Positions 51,772-64,000 of a DNA stretch of 64,000 nt are shown here, piece by piece. Under the pieces are notes generated by a model that did no database searches, was not told the origin of the DNA, and was given only the letters and a program-made list of their open reading frames with translations. Where the stretch lies: assembly GCA_965649765.1 (NCBI GenBank), contig OZ287754.1:35340001-35404000 (forward strand), in the 5' to 3' direction. This stretch comes from Bispira polyomma (Eukaryota). A program made the position numbers and the translations under genes. Within the stretch, counting starts at the first letter, position 1; the number at the start of each line of letters is the position of its first letter.

Positions 51772-52150
51772 TTTTCCAATATGGCGCTCAGCCCTCTAAA
51801 CTTCCAACTGACTTTGAACCCCAAGTCTGGAGGTATTTGTGCACATAGATTTCAGCAAGCCCCCATGTGCTTTAACAACTCACAGCCTCAGTATCAGAAG
51901 GCCTAGTTGTATGCAACAAATGGGTAGACAGCCACCATATGATTTAATATCTCAAGCTTGCAGACACCTTGTGGTCTAGTTATGTGCAGTACATACAGGA
52001 CAACCTAGGGGTGACCTTCCACTTTAACTATTGAAACCTAAAACTAATATTGATACCAAAGTAGCAAGGCCACTTGTGTTTAATTTTATGTTTTTTAAGC
52101 TTTTCCTAAAACTGACACAGTTTGCTACTTAAATTCCGCAACACCTATTA
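51772..52150 (-). repeat. Split direct repeat A2
   Basis: Direct copy of 58239-58618. Confidence 0.95.
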
Positions 52151-52563
52151 CAGTCCTATGGGAAAGAAGCCAATAAGTGAAAAGCAGTATATAAAACATA
52201 TTTGGAGTTTATTTTAAAACATTCATTCGTTACCCATTTTGTTACAACATTAACAACATGTTAGCATTACTATACATCACTGTCTGTTAGCACAACTACT
52301 TTGACACATTACTTTTGTTAGGATTATTAACTGCTTTTATTATGACATTAATATTAATCTACATGTTAAAACTCTACTACTGACACCTATAATACAATAT
52401 AGCTGGGAAGCGTTTAGCTCATGGAGCATTCTGGCTTACATCTTTTATAATTACTAATCAGGCATGCCATTTACCTACGGTGTTAAGCTATCATTAACCA
52501 TAGTTGAGGAATGTCTGGGGATACTAAAACTTAAGTATCGAAATTTTAAACAATTGTAAAGGG
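52151..52563 (-). repeat. Split direct repeat B1
   Basis: Direct copy of 51318-51729; abuts A2 at the junction GGACTG|TAATAGG (minus strand). Confidence 0.95.
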
Positions 52564-52590
52564 CCAAACCCCAAATAAGTTGTAGAAATT

Positions 52591-53561
52591 TTAAGACAGT
52601 AATTTTTGAAAGGTAGTGGGTACTACACTAGAAGCTTTTGGAGTTGAATTTAGGTATGTCCACACCGCATCACTCTTCCAATTTCCATGGGTTTTAATAT
52701 TTTGCAAATTGACATTGCTGTCAAAAGCAAGAGAAGCACCGCTTCTACGAAATGCATGAAATCCAAAAGCTTTGGGAGAAAGTCCAATCCTAGTAATAGC
52801 CAGTTTAAGAAAAGATCTAGCTTTAAAGGCTGTAAGAGGTACTATACCAGCTTTAGTTTAATTAAAAATAGAGGAGACTCTTCCTGAGCAGGAAATTTTT
52901 TTACACATTTGTCGAATTGCTTTTACCAGGCAGATCAATTTGTCGGATAATAAAGGCAATTGTACTATATGGTATTGATCTGATATGTGCATATTTTTTG
53001 CACACGTCATTACAATATGTATACCTGGATTACCCCATATGAGATCAGCCCTAGTGGGAAATTATGTCCTATCAAATTCCTTTACTGAATTTGGTACTAA
53101 GGAAGCAAGCCTAAAAAAGCCAAAATAAGCACTTAGGAAGATAGCTACATACGTTTCTGCATTTAATAAACCTTGTATTGCTTTAATCATTTTTTTCAGT
53201 TGGTTTACGATTAGGACACTCTTTACCTTAAGTCTGATCGAGGCATTGATCTTAATTGATTTTATTAGCATTTGCACTTTTCTAGAAATAAGACCATTTT
53301 TAGGCCAATCAAAAAGCCCAAAAAATTGGGAGAGAGTTGACATGTGGTTGCTGATAGACACAGCTCTGAGTCCTTGTTGAATGAGGTACTCTACGAAGCA
53401 GACGAGAGTCCGTGGGCAGTGGGGAACTGTCAGCTGTAAGAAGGTCATGAAGGCCAGAAATAAGTTAAACGTCGCATCATAGGATTTCCTGGTGCGAGGT
53501 CTCAAGGCCGTAGGTATGCGCTCCATAGCTTGGTGTTCCAATTTCTCAGCCATTGATTTGC
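52591..53561 (-). pseudogene. Tyrosine recombinase (premature stop at ~53062)
   Basis: ALRPRTRKSY; YFGFFRLASLVP; GFHAFRRSGASLAF; HGNWKSDAVWTYL. Confidence 0.9.
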
Positions 53562-53765
53562 CTAGAAACATATTACAAGCAACGCAGTACTATGCTCTAG
53601 CATGTCATATGACATGTATTTTGGGCTTTAATGAGACTATAAATCTTCCACATTCTTATTCTGGTCTATGTTAGAGGAATCTTTGTAATCTATAAATGCA
53701 TATACATATACTTATGCTGTGATCTTTGAGAAATTGTTACATAATTATATTTCATTATAATGACA

Positions 53766-55110
53766 CTATATATAAAAATTTGGCATTAACATGTCACCAT
53801 GTGTAGGTAACCAAGTACATTGATTCTTTAGGTAATTAACTGTTGAAATATTGGCATCTTGATAAACATGCCACTTAGACAAAATGTCTGCATAGACATT
53901 ATTGACTCCTGGTATATGTAGCACCTGCAACTCAATATTGTGCGCAGCTACATAATACCAAGTTGTACGAAGGCAGGCCATAAGCCATGGATCTTTAGCC
54001 TTTTTTGAGGTAAATACCTGGACCACAGCAAAGTTGTCACACCACAGTGTAACTTTAGTATTCTGCCATTCATGAGCCCATAGCTTGAGAGCCAATAAAA
54101 TATTGGCTGCCTCAAAGTGGACATTAGATCTATAGTTTTTAACTGACATGAGGATATCTGCACTATACACTTGTCCATTAAAATAACCACCCACTTTCTC
54201 CAATAAAGCATCTACATATACTACATGATTAATGGTATTTTTAGTATGTATTCCACTACCCCATTAAAAATCTCCAGAAATTGGTTAAACCATTGGATAT
54301 CTTTAAAAAACATTTCCGGTAGTTTAATACTTCCTCTCATAGGAGCAGTACGTAAAACCTGTAAAATACGATTAATGAAGATACGTGCTGGTCGCACACA
54401 TCGATGTATATAAAGGAGCTTTCCAGTCAGCCTCTGCAATTGGTTTCTAGTAGCAGTGGTTTTACTAAGCCAATTTCTACATAACTCTTTTACTTCTTTA
54501 ATTTTCTGACTAGGAATAGTTAACGTACCTGTACTGGCATTGATATTTATACCCAAACAATTAATTTCAAGAGCTGGAGATTCCAGCTTTTTACTATTAA
54601 CAGGAAGGCTTAATTCTGTGAGTAGATTTTTTGCTGATAAGAATTGTGAGTTAGCTACGTGGGGAGGAGCGACCCCAATAAAATCATCTAAATAATTCAT
54701 CATCCAGACGTTACGTTGACGCAACATTGACGTTACAGCGTCAGTACATAACTGGCAAGCGGTTGCGCCCGTACGAAAACCGAAGGGTAACCCTATATCG
54801 ATATAAGTATTATTTTGCCATTGCAGGCCCAATACAGGATAGTCGTATGGATCAATTCTTAAAACTCTAAAAGCTCTCTGAAGATCAATTTTATATAATA
54901 ACACTGTAGGACCATACATTCGAATTTTTTCAACCACTTGGTCAATAGTAGGATATTTTAAAGTGAAAGGTATATTATCATATACATCTATGGGGACACA
55001 ACTATTTACACCCTGGCCTAAAGGCCATGACAGGTCCACTATTACCCTGGTACCTCCATCTGGCTTAGGCCTAGCCATCAGTGGAGAAAAGTGTATATTT
55101 TCGAAAGGTT
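53766..55110 (-). pseudogene. RT + RNase H
   Basis: SPLMARPKPDGGTRVIVDLSWP; YKIDLQRAFR; LPFGFRTG; NYLDDF; RNase H HFEAANIL..WCDNFAVV..HIPGVNNVYADILS. Frameshift at ~54220. Confidence 0.92.
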
Positions 55111-57107
55111 TGGAAGAGGAGCATGAGGGAGAAACCCAAAATCACGAGGTTCAGTCACCATCTCCCTTTTTGTTTTAATAAACCAGCTGGTAGCTTTTAC
55201 TTTAAACAAATCATAACTATTTTCTTTAGTGGCATTGTTAAAAGTGTAATTTTGTACGACTAATTTAATCATATTTGATTTTTCATCAAAATGTTTGTAA
55301 CTTGTATCTTCTATATAAGAACCAACTGTGTTAGAATGGTGGTTACTACCAACCTTCATTGCCATGCTGTCATGCATATATGAAGTATGTCCGAATTCAT
55401 ATATAATACTACTATCTTCTGTATAAGTAGCATGCATGTGAATCATGGACTGTAATTGAAAATATGCCAAACATTCGAAAGTTTCATAAAAGCTGGGATA
55501 TTGACAATTAAAATCATCAGCAGTGTTCAAACTGGGACTAAAATGAGCGCAGAGTACATCATTTGTAATATCAAATAAAATCAAATCATAAGTAATGAGT
55601 TCATTCTGCCTTAACCCGTTAATAGTAAAGACTTTATTAATATAGTCATCAGAATTGTAATGTCCCGTATTAGACCTTCTGGTCTCATTAATATCACCAT
55701 GTTGTTCATAAAAGTTGTTATAACTATTACTAAGAACTAACTCTGTATAAAAAGAACCATTCAGTTCTGTGTAATTGCAAAGTAAAGTAGTTGAAAGTTC
55801 ACTAGGGCTGAGGCCATTATAGTACTCCATTAAGGAAGTATTATTAACTTCTTGTACTGAATCCATACTATCACCGTGTATCTTGTTTATATGTTCACGT
55901 TATGATTAGCCAACGTGTGTACATTATGGACTTTTCTATTAAGGTGACTGCCATTCTGAATGTGAACATCATGATCACACGTGTTTTTACACATAGCATC
56001 CTGCCATATTTTAAATGCACTGTTGTTGTAGTATGTCAGTACACTATGGTGTTCCATTTTTGTTTCACATCTACCACTGTTTATATTCTTCTCTGAACAC
56101 CTGCTGTCAAAACAAGTTTTACCACCACCCCATAAGTCCTTTACCCCTTGTGTTATTTCAAGAGACGATTCAAGTGTTGAACAAGGGTCAAGGTACTTAT
56201 TATTGTTGCAGTATCTAGAACTTACCTGGCAGCAATTTAGTGCAACATGTTCTAATGTACACGTAATTAGATAACTGGACCTATGGACCAACGAGGACAG
56301 GGTGTTCAGGTCATTAGAATCTACAGTTATATTGGCCATACTAGTGTTATTGTTATTTACAGTGACAGATACGTTACTAGCTTTAACAAAAGTATAACTA
56401 TTTCTGTCACTTGTACTAACTATGTGACTAGTCACACCATAAACACTATTGCTAGAATTATTCTCTTGTGACATTAATAAATTAACATCGCTCCCATGAA
56501 CTCTGTTATAAGAGCTCGACACATTTGTATTCATTACTAAGTTGTCACTAAGTCTATCAACATTTATTTTAGTACTATTATTAGATTCTATTTTTTCAGC
56601 TAGTACTTTGCACCGGGAAGACATTTTTCCTGTATCATGACTTTTGTACATAAACACAGTAGCCAATAGGTTTAATTGGTTTCCCATATTCGGGTCTTTG
56701 TTATAACTGATACCATGATCACGTTTTTTAACACGAGCACCTTGTTTTGGGCTAAACTCGCTGGTCAATGGGTTCAAGGTGGTTTCATAATTTCCAACAC
56801 CTTCATTCAATCTATTTTTAGGCATATTATTACATGATTTGGTATAAACATACATACTAGTAGAACGAGTATCATGTTGTAACCATTTACTATCAGTATT
56901 ACAAATTTCCTGTCTAAAAATTTTTGCACGTTGATTTAATTTAGTTTTATTACAAGTACCTTCCATATTATGATTTATCTTTACAATAACTGTGTCGTTG
57001 TAATTTAGGCCAAGGTTATTATAATATTTCCCGCCGTTGTTAACTTTAGACACATTACAACTAATAGGGTTAAACTCGCTGCTCAGTTTTCTGTCCCTTA
57101 CTATCAT
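55110..57107 (-). pseudogene. Long Asn/Ser/Thr-rich N-terminal extension of pol (ORFs of 406 and 262 aa)
   Basis: Two long ORFs between gag and RT separated by a frameshift; no catalytic domain recognised; PAM2-like motifs (see findings). Confidence 0.65.
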
Positions 57108-58119
57108 TTTTCATTCGCACACATTTGCAAGCGGGGTGATCATGCTTTTTGCCACGTGTCTCTTTGTAGCAGTAAGTGCAGTAGTGCTCATATTTGAAAC
57201 CTCTGGATACATGGTCCTTGTCTAGCTTACAGGTACCCTTATTAAACAAGGAGCAGACACTACTTTCTGTATTCCTGTTTTCACTACTACCTGTACCACC
57301 GTTATAGTGGACCCTTTGGGCATTTCTAGCTCTGATTTTTTCTATCAGTTCGATTTTGTCCCATGTGACCTGCCCTTTTTCGATTTCTTGAAGTACTGCA
57401 GCATGCGCTTTCTTAGCTGCTTCTAATCCCAACTCGACAGCGTCTTGCATTAAGCTAACATGGTAATTAAGCATAACCTGCCTTTTCTCAAGATCACATT
57501 CCTCTAACGCGCAACAAAGCAACCCCTGTGCCCATTGTATGGGAGACATTTCGTCGTATGTCGATTGTTTGTTGGTATGAGCGACGGTGCAATAATATTG
57601 GGGCCAGGTGACCTGGACTTTTACTTTATGTACACCCACTCTATACCGGCCAGATTTTAAAGTGGAAGTATTTTTACCTTTATAGTCAAGACATGAAGCT
57701 CCTTCATAATCACGCAATCTCTTCTGAACTTCGGCTTGTATACGGGAGTCACTTTTGAGGACTTCCAAAAAGGGTAGCTTTGGAACTGCACTCTCTGGAA
57801 CAGCCGTTTTCTGACCCATAGCCTTTGGTGAACCTTGGGCTGACGGAAGCACAGAAATTTCATTTAAACTCACTCTGTCCTCTTGTTTTTTCAACCGTTC
57901 GTCCTGATTATTTAATTGCACACCCATACCCTTCACAACCATTAATAGTTCAGTTAATTTGTCCGACATGGACTTGCTGTGCGTATTTGTTATCTCGGCT
58001 TCTTCACTCTCAACATTATTAGTAACAATATCAGTATCTGGTACATTATTTTCACTTCTTTTAACAGTACTTTTATTTGTACTTTTACTGTTCTTGCTAA
58101 CTCCCGGCTTAAGCCCCAT
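57070..58119 (-). CDS. gag-like ORF1 (open)
   Basis: Uninterrupted ORF of ~349 aa from ATG 58119; coiled-coil-like segment, LKSGRYR, TYDEMSPIQWAQG, C-terminal CSLFNKGTC..H..HYCTYC..HP..C. Confidence 0.8.
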   Translation of the reverse strand: MGLKPGVSKNSKSTNKSTVKRSENNVPDTDIVTNNVESEEAEITNTHSKSMSDKLTELLMVVKGMGVQLNNQDERLKKQEDRVSLNEISVLPSAQGSPKAMGQKTAVPESAVPKLPFLEVLKSDSRIQAEVQKRLRDYEGASCLDYKGKNTSTLKSGRYRVGVHKVKVQVTWPQYYCTVAHTNKQSTYDEMSPIQWAQGLLCCALEECDLEKRQVMLNYHVSLMQDAVELGLEAAKKAHAAVLQEIEKGQVTWDKIELIEKIRARNAQRVHYNGGTGSSENRNTESSVCSLFNKGTCKLDKDHVSRGFKYEHYCTYCYKETRGKKHDHPACKCVRMKNDSKGQKTEQRV

Positions 58120-58238
58120 TTTGTAAAACACTTGACTCTGGAAGGACTTTTGCCGGCTTGACTGTTAGGAATTTAAAAGGTAATTCTAAGTCTGACTAAA
58201 ATTGAATTTTCTATGTAGTCAAGCAGACAGGAGTCCAA

Positions 58239-58618
58239 TTTTCCAATATGGCGCTCAGCCCTCTAAACTTCCAACTGACTTTGAACCCCAAGTCTGGAGG
58301 TATTTATGCACATAGATTTCAGCAAGCCCCCATGTGCTTTAACAACTCACAGCCTCAGCATCAGAAGGCCTAGTTGTATGCAACAAATGGGTAGACAGCC
58401 ACCATGTGATTTAATATCTCAAGCTTTGCAGACACCTTGTGGTCTAGTTATGTGCAGTACATACAAGCCAATCTAGGGGTGACCTTCCACTTTAACCATT
58501 GAAACCTAAAACTAATATTGATACCAAAGTAGCAAGACCACTTGTGTTTAATTTTATGTTTTTTAAGCTTTCCCTAAGACTGACACGGTTTGCTACTTAA
58601 ATTCTGCAACACCTATTA
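58239..58618 (-). repeat. Split direct repeat A1 (5' terminus TAATAGGTGT)
   Basis: Direct copy of 51772-52150. Confidence 0.95.
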
Positions 58619-61600
58619 ATCTTTCCATAATCGAAGAGCTACTAGGATATTCAACATTTCTAGGTGAGCAATATTCATTTCCAGGTGGTGAAGGGAAAGC
58701 ACATTTGTGTAGATCACATTGGGCCTGTCAAGCAGGCATCTAATTCGATGTGATCCATCCATGGACTATGACCAAAGAATACTTTTCAATTAAATCATTC
58801 TGTGAACTTTGTGAACCAATTCAGATCTTGAAAGAAATGCAGTTCTAGGTCAATACGTTTTGCATCCGGAGCGTTACGTAGAACGTTAAGCATTCTGTTC
58901 AGAAAGACACTTGCTATTTGAACGCATTTTGATATGTACAACAATGAGCCTAACAGTGATTGTAGGTCTTGTTTAGAGCATTGCCATATCCCGACCGACT
59001 AGTACAAAGTTTAATTGTTTGAGCCAGTTTCTCTGGAGGTACCTCTATTGAAGTTTTCTGTATCAATGAGTACTCCTAAACAAGTTACTCTGGTACTAGA
59101 AGCAACTAACTTTTTGGCACTAATGGCAAATCCCAATTCTAGTACTAACTTATATAAAAATTCATATGTGTCATGAACGTCCGGTGTTTTTTTCATATCC
59201 AAATGATGTTGTCAATATAATTTACAACTTTACAGCATCTAACCTGCATGACATAACGTACGGCGTCACTTAGGCGTTGAAATATGGCACTTCCGTTACT
59301 ATAGCCAAATGGGAGACACGTGTCAACATAATACTTGTCTAATTGGAGGTCTAATAAATCATAATCTGCAGGTATTTTTGTTTTTGATGTCATCAATTGT
59401 TAGCAACATTGGCAAAAACTCAGTACCTAAATATTTGTTCTGATGTATCGCTGCATTCACTGCTGCTCATGCGGAAAGCTTAAATCAATGATGATGCTCA
59501 TGCGGAAAGCTTAAATCAATGATGATGGGACCCCCGGCTTTTCTCTAGTCATGAATGCGGAAAGCCCTTCTATGGGAAGTTCATCAAATGGGCCAAGAAT
59601 AGCCTGTCATCATCTGTGAACTCACATGCCGGGTTTTGCTCTTTATGGTTTAATTCGCATTTATCTATCAAAGTCATAGTAGAAAGCCATAGTGTATCAA
59701 GTATGGCAACTGGGCGTCCCAGTAAATATGTAGTAGTTCTTGCCAGCGTTCATATTTGAGTTGTGATTGAACTACAAATGGTTTATTCATGAAATTATAT
59801 TTGTTACTGTTTTTGATTTCATTCTGTAACTAGAACGTTGATAAGTTGTGGTCATTTGCTTGATCAGTTATGTGGTTTTTCAACTCCCCCAGGGGAATAC
59901 ATCCGAATTTACCATGGGTTTGGCTATTCCATTTTGTGGTTCATTATTTTTAGAAAGGGCAACTACTTCTGTGTGTGGAGCTTTTGTAAACACCTTTTTT
60001 CAGTTTACAAACCCGCCTTTTGCTAGTGGTGACACATTCGTCACTCTCAGGGGGGCTTATTCATTGAGTGTTAGGAGGGGGGTCAAAGCGGTTTCTGATA
60101 ATGACTTCATTGTTCTGTCTAATTGGTGGTTCGCACCTAGCTTTTATATACATTGGTCGCCCCTAATGGGCTTTCATCACATTCAACTAATTGTGTAGTA
60201 ATATGTACAACATAAACATTCTTGGGGTGACAACTGGGAACTCTGCGTTTGACTTTTGCTACATTTTTCTCCCCTTCTGTGTGCTAGCCTGTATTAGGCT
60301 AGCCACTTGAGCTTTTCGTTTTACAACTTGTGCATATGATTTCTTAACAAACCTGGCCCAGTCTGATCTCCAGTTGTCACTTCTGTCAATAGGAGCAATA
60401 TGGGAATTAAATTAAAAGTTGCCCTGCTCTCAGGGTCCCTTTTCCTATCAGTGTTATTCAGTGTTAATCCTTTTGGTTGCACTGCCGTTTTGCAGTGCTT
60501 TATTCGTTTTTGCACTGTTCGCCTTTCTCCTTCTACAATCTTTTTCAGGATGGGGGAAGTTTTTACCCAGAGCAGAGCAAGTTGCACAAACGTGTATACA
60601 ATTTACCAGTGGTTTCATGGTCCTCTTTTTGAGGACAAGTTCCCTTTTGGAAGTATCTGCAAGGCATGCCTTTGTTATTACTAATTTTGACCCTGTGAAT
60701 TTTGAAAATCTGATCTTCTTTGAGATGATCTCGTCGAATCCTGTCTATTTTTTGAATCTCTAACCAGGTTACTTTACCCTCCTCCATTTTACATAGGAGA
60801 ACAGCATGGCTGCCTTTTGCAGCAGTCCAATTGAAATCAGGGAAGTCTTCTCTTACTTCCCTTATAATTGCACTAAAGCCAGATACCCACTGGGCCATGG
60901 CAAGTTTATCATAAGATATACGATTTTTACTTGACCCCAAAGAATGAAATTTTGGGGCAATGGTACTTGCTGTCTAAGCCAAACTATTCCTGTTCCCCCC
61001 TTTGAAACTTGAAATTACCTGTCTCATTAGCCTGGTCTCCACTGCTCTCTGGAGCTGGTCTGACTCCTTCAGCGTCAGGAGTAAGGGAATCACTAGATCA
61101 TCTGTGTTAGTAGGCCATCTGGTCCGCTGTCTGCCAATATCCCTGGACTGTGTGAGGTTACGAGGTGTCATTCTACAAATAATATATGAGAACCATGCTT
61201 GGATATATGCGGATATATGGCAATATTATTTAAATTTAATTAGTAAAATCACTAGAATTATATATAAAATGAAATACGGCCCTCAAATGTTTGGTCACAC
61301 AACAAAGCCAGAGCGCATATATCAAAGCATTTGATTATTAGGAAGACTCCAGCCGGATCGTTGATGCCTTGTGATGATCATCCAGTCGATTCTGTGCCAT
61401 CTTTAGTTACAATACATGACATAAATGATGTAAAATAAAACACAATTATATAAATATTAAAAATGGCGTACTGTCTTGTTGACTTTAGTTTAATAAGTGA
61501 ACCCCTGTTTGGCGGGAGTCTTTTCTTAATTGGGTTCATTAGCACCAATAGAATTTCGAGGTCATTGAGACAAAAACAGTTTTACAAAATGCCGTGTTAG

Positions 61601-61639
61601 CTCTGAAATACTAGCCCCTTCGGGTTACCTTACACAGTC

Positions 61640-62870
61640 ACAACACAACACACACACATACCAAAACACACAGTACATTTTACTACACAAAGTTATTAAA
61701 ATATTGTGTCACATAGACAATAGTAAACAAATTAAAACACAGGAACAAGAACATATAGAAACTGACCAAAATTACACACATACATACACACATAGGGACA
61801 TACATACGGACATACATACACATATGGAAATAAAGTAGGTCAAAAATTGTAACTACAGAGACAGAAGACAGACATACACAAGACGTATTATAACTACACA
61901 GACATCCAGCACTGAAGAAGTAAACAGTGAACAAAATCCCACCTTTGACATACAACCACATAAGGAAATTTACAACAGACAGTAGGGTTTTACAGCCAGT
62001 GTTTTTTCAAACTTTCATCATATAGGCCCTGACAGACAATAAGTGGACATTGACACTTATGATAAATGAATCAAAATAGTAAATATAATCAAAGACACAT
62101 GAAAGCCAAATTACAAGTGTGCCAGGATACCCATAGAACCAGGAATGAACATTATTAACAGGCAGAAACATTTAATTTAATACCTTGACTGATTGAACAC
62201 TTGCAATTTGGGTTTCCCATTTCGCTCTGTGACAGGGACAGACTTAATGTTAAACAAATAAACTATCATTCTGCAAAAATATTTTCTTGAGACATTGACA
62301 AATATTTTATCACTGAACGAAGCACACTTGTTAGCCCTATACATTCTCCACAACATCCAGACTTCCACTGCTCGCCATTATTGACCAGGCCAAAATGACT
62401 AACAATTGACCCAATAATGACTCAAATACAACACATAGGCGACAAGGCTATGCTTGAGAAGGTGGACATTGCACACGCATTCCGAAATATTCTCGTCGAT
62501 TCATATGACTGTTTTAAACTCGGATATGACTGGAAAGGAAAATATTTTATTGATAAAAGCCTTAAATTCCGATTAACGCACGGCACTGCCGTCTTTATGA
62601 AACTAAGATAATCTCGGCTTATAATTTCTTAGAGAAATTATTAAACAACTTAGGTCTACCCATCAACCAGGGTAAACTAATGTCGCCTAGTAAACAGTAA
62701 CATGTATGGGCATTGTTATAGACATTGACCAAGAAACTTTAAGTTTTATAGAAACCTAAACTACTAGCAATTTATAAAACGTGTTTAAGCTTTGAAAATT
62801 TACAAAAAGTAAAATTAATATTCAATAGCAGTCATTACTTGGTAAATTACTTTACACTATGTACATTGCA
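61640..62870 (+). mobile_element. Decayed DIRS/Ngaro-group pol (same family type as 4640-6700)
   Basis: AC-rich extension, then PNYKCARIPIEPGMN..W, LGFPF, EKVDIAHAFRNILVDSYD..YFIDKSLKFRLTHGTAVFM, SLLGKLL. Confidence 0.8.
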
Positions 62871-63194
62871 CCTGCTAGTCCTGCATAACCTTAAATTTGT
62901 GAGAGTTCCAGACTAAAATCAAAAGGTAAAAATGTTGTCAAACCCCTTGTCAGTAAGCAGAATGCTTGGGGAGTGATCCTAATCGGTCGAGGCTAACAAC
63001 AATGTATATAATTTGAATTTTTGTTAGAATATATAATTGAAATGTATATATTGTAAGTAAGTACAATGTTACAAATATTTAACTTTTAGTTAAGGTCATA
63101 TTAAAACTTTATTGTTAAAATGACAATTGAGTTTAAGTTTAACTTAAACTCAGTTTAAGCAATTTGAGTTCAAGTTAAAGTAATATTGCCCCTA

Positions 63195-63303
63195 TAAATA
63201 ATAATAATAATTGAACCATTTATATAGCGCCAAATTGATGAAAACATCCTCTAAGGCGCTGAAAGAACATCCTCTAAGGAAAACATCCTCTAAGGCGCTA
63301 TAG
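63195..63303 (-). mobile_element. L2-type LINE/SINE 3' tail with small internal triplication
   Basis: Minus strand AGCGCCTTAGAGGATGTTTTC...GGCGCTATATAAAT...(ATT)n; AACATCCTCTAAGG occurs three times. Confidence 0.6.
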
Positions 63304-64000
63304 AACAGGTGTTTGTCAGGGAAGGACTGTTTATTATGAATTTTGTCACAGACAGTGTGGCATGCATTTACAATTTTCTCACCCACTCTAATCCCTAGAA
63401 TTAGGACAATGCCTAATGAATGTTCATGTCACTGCTTAAGCTTGAAATAGACAGTAGTATGAATAGCTCGATAAGTAAATAACATGTCTTGAATCGCATA
63501 TAATTGAACCCTAAGGTTAAAATTTAAGTATATTCCGATGCATTGTAGAGTGTTGAATGATAATGACACTTGACCCCTGTACCAGTGCTTTTATCTTGTA
63601 GTCTTTTAACAGAGTCCTTGTACCCCTCACTAATTTATCCTTGGCTTTGGGTGTGATGGGGACTGTTGGGTAGAACAGCCTTTCACTAAAGCTATTACAT
63701 TATTACACCATTTAAATCTAAATAAGTGCGTATTTGTAAAAGTAAAATTTACCATGCATAGTTTTACTAGATTAAATATGGCACTTGTGTTTTGCCATCT
63801 ATCAAGAATACGAAAGATCATAGCTGACCAAAACTTCATCTGCAATTTTGCCACAAATGTTTCATTTAGTGACCTTCAGTGGAGCATACAAATGATTTAG
63901 CCCTGTGGCAGCAAAGTGACAGGCCTCTGTTTAGGATAATGTGTGAATTGAGCATTACGACAGAATGGGTAGATATTTAATCAGAACCAGGAATAGGGGA

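Larger units (their letters stand above)
51318..58618 (-). mobile_element. Structurally complete Ngaro-type YR retrotransposon (A1-gag-pol-YR-B1-A2-B2), 7301 bp
   Basis: A1 58239-58618 = A2 51772-52150; B1 52151-52563 = B2 51318-51729. Repeats differ by only a few percent by eye. Long ORFs; no TSD. Confidence 0.95.
50130..61150 (-). mobile_element. Older Ngaro-like element (host of the nested insertion); its own sequence is 58619-61150 plus 50130-51317
   Basis: gag 60500-61150 (ISYDKLAMAQWVSGF..WTAAKGSHAVLL..CRYFQKGTC); RT 58750-59800 (YVDTCLPFGYSNGSAIFQRLSD, NYIDN); RNase H split at 58619/51317; YR 50130-51022. Confidence 0.88.

Noticed and set aside
59464-59526. ~30-bp tandem duplication in RT of the host element
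   Set aside because: Real but ordinary post-insertion decay; no functional implication.

Overview
AT-rich eukaryotic (invertebrate, probably lophotrochozoan-like) genomic DNA, mostly transposable-element remains around one intact host gene: a class A peptide-receptor-like GPCR (FMRFamide-receptor-like, CDS 37524-38765, +, coded in a single exon). At least 8 copies or fragments of tyrosine-recombinase (YR) retrotransposons of the Ngaro/PAT split-direct-repeat type dominate the window. One structurally complete copy (51318-58618, -; A1-gag-pol-YR-B1-A2-B2) is inserted without TSD into the RNase H of another. Other elements: a decayed Harbinger, L2, RTEX-like, L1/Tx1 (with an IMPACT domain) and CR1/L2-type LINE pieces, tRNA-derived SINEs, a MULE-like foldback MITE, MADF-encoding elements, a 40-bp minisatellite and a local templated duplication. 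The main signal comes from comparing the divergent YR-retrotransposon copies. They share (i) a phase-1 splice donor at one homologous gag position and a phase-1 acceptor at the start of YR, predicting a spliced Gag(N)-YR fusion, and (ii) a slippery heptamer plus hairpin at the gag/pol junction, predicting -1 frameshifting. Together these suggest a retrovirus-like, three-product expression scheme. All calls are by eye, without database searches, and boundaries of decayed elements are approximate.
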